This document shows positions 14,992 to 19,524 of a stretch of DNA of 19,524 nt, piece by piece (position 1 is the stretch's first letter; every line of letters begins with the position of its first letter). Made by a program: the position numbers and the translations under genes. Location of the stretch: contig CAJWCD010000067.1 of assembly GCA_913020725.1 (NCBI GenBank), positions 1 to 19,524 of the forward strand, read 5' to 3'. This stretch comes from an uncultured Pseudomonadota bacterium. Its GTDB lineage: Bacteria > SAR324 > NAC60-12. The notes under the pieces are model-generated. The model was not told the origin of the DNA and searched no databases. It was given only the letters and a program-made list of their open reading frames with translations.

Positions 14992-16143
14992 TCAGCGCAC
15001 CACCAATTCCAGCGGATGCCGCGTGAGCCGTTCGCATCCGGATTCCGTGACCACGTTAGTGTGCCCGAAGCACATCGCGTGTCCGGAGTCGCTGTCCATC
15101 AAGATCATGTGGAGGAAGAACACCATGTTCGGTTCGGCAATCACGGGGTTGCCGTGGTAGAACATGGGCCAGTCCATCCAGTTTGGGGCGAAGGTCGTGC
15201 CCAAGCTGTAGCCGGTCGCGTTCATGCGATGCTCGCGCATTCCGGCCTTGTCGCAGGTTTGAGCGTAGGCGTCGAAGACCTCGCCGATGGGTCGCCCTGG
15301 ACGCAACGCTGCTTCGCAGGCCGCCATCGCCTCCACACAAACCCGGTGCAGTTCCTCGTGCCGTGGAGCCATGCGCCCCACTGGCACGGTGCGCATCATC
15401 GCCGCGTGGTAATGCCGATAGGTGCCCGCCCACTCCAGCGTGATCTGATCCTCTGCATCGAGGCACCGCCGTCCCGTGTAGTAGCGACAGAGCAACGCGT
15501 TTTCGCCGGAGCCGATAATGTAATCGTTGCCCGGATAATCTCCACCTCCCCGGAACACGGCCCCCTGCATTGCCGCCAAGATTTCACCTTCGTCTGCGTT
15601 CGGACCAATCAGCTTGTGCGCCTCGTCAAGCGCGTCATCCGCAAGTTCCGCCGCTTTCCGGACATATTCCAATTCCGCCGGACTTTTGACCACGCGCAAC
15701 TGGCTGACAAGTAGCGAAGCCTCAGTGCATTCGCAAAAACCGTCCAAGGCGGCATCAAGTTTCTTTCCGTTGGCGGCAGTCAACCCGTAGGCTTCATACT
15801 CCACGCCCAGCCGCTTGCCAGCCAACCCATGTTCCCGCAGAAGTTCGCGCAACTCTAGCGCGGGATTTGCGTCTGGAGCATCGACCCAGATGCGAATGTC
15901 CTCGATCATCGAGGTCTGCCGTGCTTGTCGTAAATCCGGAGTGCGCGTCAGCAGCGTCAGGCACCCGTCTGCCGTCAGGACAAGACACTGGAAAAAGACG
16001 TAGCCGAAGCTGTCATAGCCCGTTAGGTAGAACATGCTCTCCTGCCGGAACAGCAGCATCCCGTCCAGTCCGTCCTCGGCCATCAGGTGACAAGCATGAT
16101 CCCGGCGGTCTTGCAGTTCTTCCTCAGTAAAGTGCAACGCCAT
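14992..16143 (-). CDS. M24-family (Xaa-Pro peptidase fold) hydrolase, creatinase/ectoine hydrolase DoeA-like
   Basis: Start MALHF with RBS AAGAGG; creatinase N-domain (GLDGMLL, FYLTGY), RVVKSPAELEY, RHYHAAMMRT, TGYSLG..FAPNW. Confidence 0.88.
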   Translation of the reverse strand: MALHFTEEELQDRRDHACHLMAEDGLDGMLLFRQESMFYLTGYDSFGYVFFQCLVLTADGCLTLLTRTPDLRQARQTSMIEDIRIWVDAPDANPALELRELLREHGLAGKRLGVEYEAYGLTAANGKKLDAALDGFCECTEASLLVSQLRVVKSPAELEYVRKAAELADDALDEAHKLIGPNADEGEILAAMQGAVFRGGGDYPGNDYIIGSGENALLCRYYTGRRCLDAEDQITLEWAGTYRHYHAAMMRTVPVGRMAPRHEELHRVCVEAMAACEAALRPGRPIGEVFDAYAQTCDKAGMREHRMNATGYSLGTTFAPNWMDWPMFYHGNPVIAEPNMVFFLHMILMDSDSGHAMCFGHTNVVTESGCERLTRHPLELVVR

Positions 16144-16151
16144 AATTCCTC

Positions 16152-16382
16152 TTAGCGGGCGAATTTCGCCACGCAATGCAATCCGAATTCTGACTGCTGG
16201 GCGCATTTCACCCCAACACCAAAACGCATTTCCGGCAAATGGGCACACCTCGCCACCTCACCGAATTGGATTGCTAACCAGTGGGCACACGTTTTCACGA
16301 TGCCAAAACGCATTTCCGGCAAATGGACACACCTCGCCACCCCACCGAGTTTCGTGATTGCTGCAAGCGCAAATTTCGCCAT
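16152..16382 (-). CDS. 76-aa protein of ~5.4 tandem 14-aa repeats
   Basis: RBS AAAAGGAG 8 nt before ATG; stop TAA overlaps the RBS of the next gene. MAKFALAAITKLGG/VARCVHLPEMRFGI/VKTCAHWLAIQFGE/VARCAHLPEMRFGV/GVKCAQQSEFGLHC/VAKFAR. Confidence 0.5.
   Translation of the reverse strand: MAKFALAAITKLGGVARCVHLPEMRFGIVKTCAHWLAIQFGEVARCAHLPEMRFGVGVKCAQQSEFGLHCVAKFAR
16157..16382. repeat. Degenerate 42-bp tandem repeat with 84-bp higher-order duplication
   Basis: Units start at 16157, 16199, 16241, 16283, 16325 and 16367 (GGGCGAATTTCGCC, GGGCGCATTTCACC, GGGCACACCTCGCC, ...). 16219-16264 recurs near-identically at 16303-16348. Confidence 0.88.
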
Positions 16383-16399
16383 GCTCGATTCTCCTTTTG

Positions 16400-17123
16400 G
16401 TTAGAGAGAGTCGCGGCTCCAATCTGTTGTCATGGTCATCCCCAGTTCTCCAGATTCAGCAATTCGAGAAGAGCCTCCTCCTGCCTTTTGCAGGACAAAC
16501 CCCTCCCCAGAACCGAGTCCTCTGGTTGTCCGGAGGTTAAACCACTCCACCCTGGCCGTGTCATCGGAATGGGGAACCCCCTTGAGTCCGGCAGACCGCC
16601 TCCAATGCAATCCTACACCGGAGAGAGTTCCCCAAAATTTCACGGCATCCGTCCTTGGAACGATTGAGCCTCTCCGTCAGCCTGTTTCGGCGAAACAAAC
16701 CTCCGGGGCACCCGGAGTGGACACGGCTTGTCCAATCAACCTTCTCCTTTCTGTACCAAAGGATTCCGTCAATCGGAGTGCCCGCACCGCTCCGGATGCA
16801 CCCACACCATCGTGGACCGATGGGTCCATGCCGAACCAGCTGGGAAGCTTCCTTCCTCGCACTGATATGTGCCTTCCCCCCTGGTCCAACGGGGTCTCGG
16901 GTGCCCTTCGCTCAGGATAGCGCACTTGTCATGTTGTCAAAGATCAGTCCCTTGCGGGACATGCGGATTCCGGCTTGTGGGGTCTACTCCCCCTCGGCCT
17001 TTACGAACCCGCTGGTTTTGCTCAGCGAACCTTGCGGCCCGCCGTCAAGTCCGCACTGCCTCTTCCCTCCCAAGATTTGGCAGGCGGTTTTCCGGAACGC
17101 TTCAGTCGGTACCGAAACGTTCC
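16400..17123 (-). ncRNA. Candidate large structured non-coding RNA or leader (~720 nt), family not recognised
   Basis: More than 15 helices paired by eye, including nested multibranch domains. Many stems close only through G-U pairs on the minus strand; two GCAA-capped stems; boxA-like motif; no convincing ORF. Confidence 0.7.
16934..16960 (-). promoter_or_regulatory. boxB-like hairpin plus boxA-like antitermination motif
   Basis: GTCCC-GCAA-GGGAC immediately followed by TGATCTTTGACAA (10/12 to E. coli rrn boxA TGCTCTTTAACA). Confidence 0.65.
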
Positions 17124-17215
17124 AAGATCGTCAGTTCTTCAATCAAAATCAGTCGTTCAGTCCGGATGCAATCGCATGCTCAAACATCTGCGACTTCGTC
17201 TTCAATTCCTTCCAT

Positions 17216-17821
17216 TTAGCTCGAATGGTGCCGCCAGAGGTACCAGCTCGCCACGCTGCGCCACGGTCGCCACGGTTCGGCGATTTCCAACGCTTGCGAT
17301 TCCCATTGCTTTTCCGGCAGCGGATAGAGCGTCCGTAGCGCCGCAACCACAGCGGCATCCCCAAGCGGCAACACATCCGGACGGTTGAGCGCGAAAATCA
17401 GGTACATCTCCGCCGTCCAGCGTCCGATCCCCGGCAGTTCCGTGAGTGTCTGCACCACGGTTTCGTCATCCGTTTGGTGCAGTGCGTCAAAGTTCAGCTT
17501 CCCGGATGCAACCGCTTCGGCCAACGCCCGGACGTAGCGCGTCTTGGCGCGGGAAAACCCGCACCCACGCAGGGTTTCGTCGTCAAACGTCAGCAACTGC
17601 TGCGGCTCCGGATTTTCGTCCGCGAACAAGGTCCGGAACCGCGCGCGCAGCACCTTTACGACCTTGTTCGAGAGCTGCTGTCCGATGATCGAATCTGCGA
17701 CCGTCACAAACCCGCCCTCCTGCGCGGAAAGCTCACACGGCCCGATTCGTTCAACGACCGTTTTCAAAACAGGATCGGTGGCGCACAAATGTGCTTCGGC
17801 TTCCGACCAATCTGGAGTCAT
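17216..17821 (-). CDS. alkA: DNA-3-methyladenine glycosylase II (AlkA/Mag-like, HhH-GPD family)
   Basis: SIIGQQLS, GFSRAK, LPGIGRWTAEMYLIFALNRPDVLPLGD, WRPWRSVASWYLW. Confidence 0.92.
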   Translation of the reverse strand: MTPDWSEAEAHLCATDPVLKTVVERIGPCELSAQEGGFVTVADSIIGQQLSNKVVKVLRARFRTLFADENPEPQQLLTFDDETLRGCGFSRAKTRYVRALAEAVASGKLNFDALHQTDDETVVQTLTELPGIGRWTAEMYLIFALNRPDVLPLGDAAVVAALRTLYPLPEKQWESQALEIAEPWRPWRSVASWYLWRHHSS

Positions 17822-17825
17822 CTCG

Positions 17826-18551
17826 TTATTCCAAGTCCAAGGGTTCCAGCAGGTTACGGTCTCGCTCCAAGTTGAAGCGCACCCAGTCGTCTTCCTGTGC
17901 CACGGGCGACAGGGCTTCCGGACGAGGGATGCCCGTCTCGCCGATCACCAGCCGCTGCTGTTTGCGCACCAGCACCACCCACGCCTCACGGGAAACCTCC
18001 TGCGGCGGCGCGACTTCTTGCGGTCCCGGGACTTGCTTTGGCCCAGTAACTTCAACGGGCGGTTGCACCTCGACCTCTCCCCGGAAGACAGACACCTCTG
18101 TCCGCGAAAGTTGGGGTTCCAGCAACACATCGAACTGTGTTCCTTTCACCGCAATCACGGCCTGGGGGGTGCGGATTCGCAGAGCATCCGGTCGGTCCCT
18201 CGCTCCAAAAACGCTTCCCCACGCCTGTCCCGCCTGCAAGCCAATCACCACCGGATCAGCAGCGCTCCGGGCCTCTGAGCGCAACTGTGCCTCCGTGCCC
18301 GAATTGAGCCGTACAAAGCGCTGGCCCGCAAAACGCAATTCCACCCGGCCCAGCCCTAGGATGCGGAGACGATCCCCCGCACCTAAACGCTGCCGGAGTT
18401 GCAACGGCGCCCATTGCGATTGGGTCGTGTCAAAGAACTCGGCGTTGCCGACCGCATAGCCGACCTCGCCCGCATTCAAAATCAAACTGCTTTCTGCGAG
18501 CAGGAGCAGCCAAAGTCCCCATATCCTCAAGGCACTCGGAATCTGCCTCAC
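17826..18551 (-). CDS. Exported FecR-domain protein (start uncertain, GTG 18551)
   Basis: Hydrophobic N-terminal segment; GDRLR..G.VELRF, IRTPQAVIAVKGTQFDV, TEVSVFRGEVEV are FecR motifs. Confidence 0.82.
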   Translation of the reverse strand: MRQIPSALRIWGLWLLLLAESSLILNAGEVGYAVGNAEFFDTTQSQWAPLQLRQRLGAGDRLRILGLGRVELRFAGQRFVRLNSGTEAQLRSEARSAADPVVIGLQAGQAWGSVFGARDRPDALRIRTPQAVIAVKGTQFDVLLEPQLSRTEVSVFRGEVEVQPPVEVTGPKQVPGPQEVAPPQEVSREAWVVLVRKQQRLVIGETGIPRPEALSPVAQEDDWVRFNLERDRNLLEPLDLE

Positions 18552-18552
18552 T

Positions 18553-18717
18553 TCAAGCGGTCGCGGGATGCCTGATATTAGCCCGCTTGTTCTTGCGCAA
18601 CATGGCACGAGCCGCCTCTTGATACTGCTTGGCCTCCTGCTCAAACTCCGGAATGCGCGTCCATTCCACCCGCTCCACGGAGTCGAGCAGCTCTTGTTCT
18701 GCTTTCGTCAGCTTCAT
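18553..18717 (-). pseudogene. Truncated CopG/BrnA-like antitoxin (N-terminal 54 aa, DNA-binding C-terminus missing)
   Basis: MKLTKAEQELLDSVERVEW...YQEAARAMLRKNKRANIR matches, from memory, the family pattern E.ELL.S.E.GEW...K..RINIR; similarity stops where the RHH domain should follow. Confidence 0.75.
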
Positions 18718-18761
18718 GCTCCATTCTCTCTGAGGTACTGTTTTGTCATCTTGCGACTCGG
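18714..18761 (-). pseudogene. C-terminal remnant of the cognate BrnT-like toxin
   Basis: PSRKMTKQYLRENGA* in ATGA overlap with the antitoxin start; PSRK.TK.YL is the terminus I recall for this toxin family. Confidence 0.65.
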
Positions 18762-18853
18762 CCTTCGCTCAAAGCCGTCAAATAGAAACATCTTCATCTT
18801 CTGATTCTGCTATAAATTTCTATTCCTCCCCCCGTAAAAGAAATAGTTTATGT

Positions 18854-19524
18854 CACTAGTGTCCCAACGTTGGATCATGAAATCTAAGTATGCCATTGAT
18901 GTTATTAAATATTTAGATTTTTCCATTCATCGACTTGAGCTTGGTTTTACGGACCGGAGATGTTGCAGTTCCCCATTTATTCGGATTGCACCATGTATTC
19001 TGGCAAACTCGTTTTCCCCCAGCTGTTCGACCACCTGCCCCTGCACTCCTTCCGGCATTGCGTGCGCCGCTATCGCGGCAATCACAAGCTCAAGTCCTTC
19101 CACTGCCTCGAGCAGTACCTTTGCATGGCCTTTGGCCAACTGACCTGTTGGGAGAGCCTGCGCAACATCGAGGCCTGCCTCCGGGCGCAAGGTTCCAAGC
19201 TCTACCACATGGGCATCCGGGGCGGGGTTTCCCGCAACACACTCTCCAACGCCAACAAGGTGCGCGACTGGCGCATCCACGCGGACTTCGCCCAAGCCCT
19301 GATCCGGATTGCACGGCCGCTGTTATGCCAAAGAGGACTTGGGACTGGTACTGGACAACACCGTGTACGCTCTGGATTCCTCAACGATCGACCTGTGCCT
19401 GTCGGTCTTCCCGTGGGCACTGTTTCGTTCAACCAAATCCGCCATCAAGTTGCACACCCTGCTGGACTTGCGCGGAAGCATCCCGGCCTTCATCCACATC
19501 TCGGTCGGGAAACTGCACGACGTG
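18854..19524 (+). mobile_element. IS4-family insertion sequence, left part (runs off window)
   Basis: Probable left end CACTAGTGTCC at 18854, followed by the transposase; right end not visible. Confidence 0.75.
18993..19524 (+). pseudogene. IS4-family (DUF4372 + DDE) transposase with +1 frameshift, partial
   Basis: MYSGKLVF.QL..., CMAFGQLT..ESLRNIE, KLYHMG, SRNTLSNAN..RDWRI; extra T at 19323-19324, after which the shifted frame continues YAKEDLG...VYALDSSTIDLCLSVFPWA...IKLHTLLDL. Confidence 0.9.

Noticed and set aside
16157..16382. CRISPR array
   Set aside because: Units are similar along their whole length and alternate A/B; there are no identical repeats with unique spacers and no cas genes.
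16382..16925. Group II intron (GTGCG at 16925, ~540 nt, then RBS-ATG)
   Set aside because: The layout is suggestive, but there is no recognisable domain III or domain V and no RT ORF. A highly diverged 5' remnant cannot be excluded.
16400..17123. RNase P RNA, tmRNA, SRP, 6S, rRNA fragment or group I intron
   Set aside because: No GAGGAAAGTCC, no tRNA-like ends, no SRP domain IV and no rRNA-like sequence; a P-like AAATTTTGGGGAA lacks Q/R/S partners.
17102..17215. Short TGA-interrupted ORF after alkA (MEGIEDEVADV*ACDC...)
   Set aside because: No family resemblance, no RBS, and its end overlaps the RNA hairpin at 17094-17123.
16281..17388. Plus-strand ORFs of 116-227 aa in the ORF track
   Set aside because: Pro/Ser/Arg-rich, mutually overlapping and without motifs; better explained as shadows of GC-rich structured sequence.

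Overview
GC-rich bacterial chromosomal window. The gene style suggests a flagellated deltaproteobacterial-type lineage such as SAR324 (inference only). Mostly housekeeping genes, largely on the minus strand: stand-alone RibD deaminase, rnr, a Nudix-metallo-beta-lactamase fusion, DUF192 lipoprotein, def, GYD protein, orphan ParA, rppH, an acidic hypothetical, FlgN-like protein, mnmE, two flagellins, an M24 creatinase/DoeA-like hydrolase, an AlkA-type glycosylase and a FecR-domain protein. The ORF track misses three coding features: a four-helix-bundle gene with an internal TGA, bracketed by inverted heptamer repeats (4501-4905); a decayed toxin-antitoxin pair (18553-18761); and a frameshifted IS4-family transposase (18993-end). 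The most striking unexplained feature is a ~720-nt intergenic region (about 16400-17123). It folds on the minus strand into a dense multi-branched RNA rich in G-U pairs, with GCAA tetraloops and an rrn-like boxB/boxA antitermination signal. It leads into a strong RBS and a 76-aa ORF built from 42-nt/14-aa repeats. Other signals: heptamer and palindromic micro-repeats inserted in-frame in rnr, CsrA-type GGA hairpins in the flagellin leader, and a tiny Cys-rich lipoprotein. All structures were paired by eye; no searches or folding programs were run.
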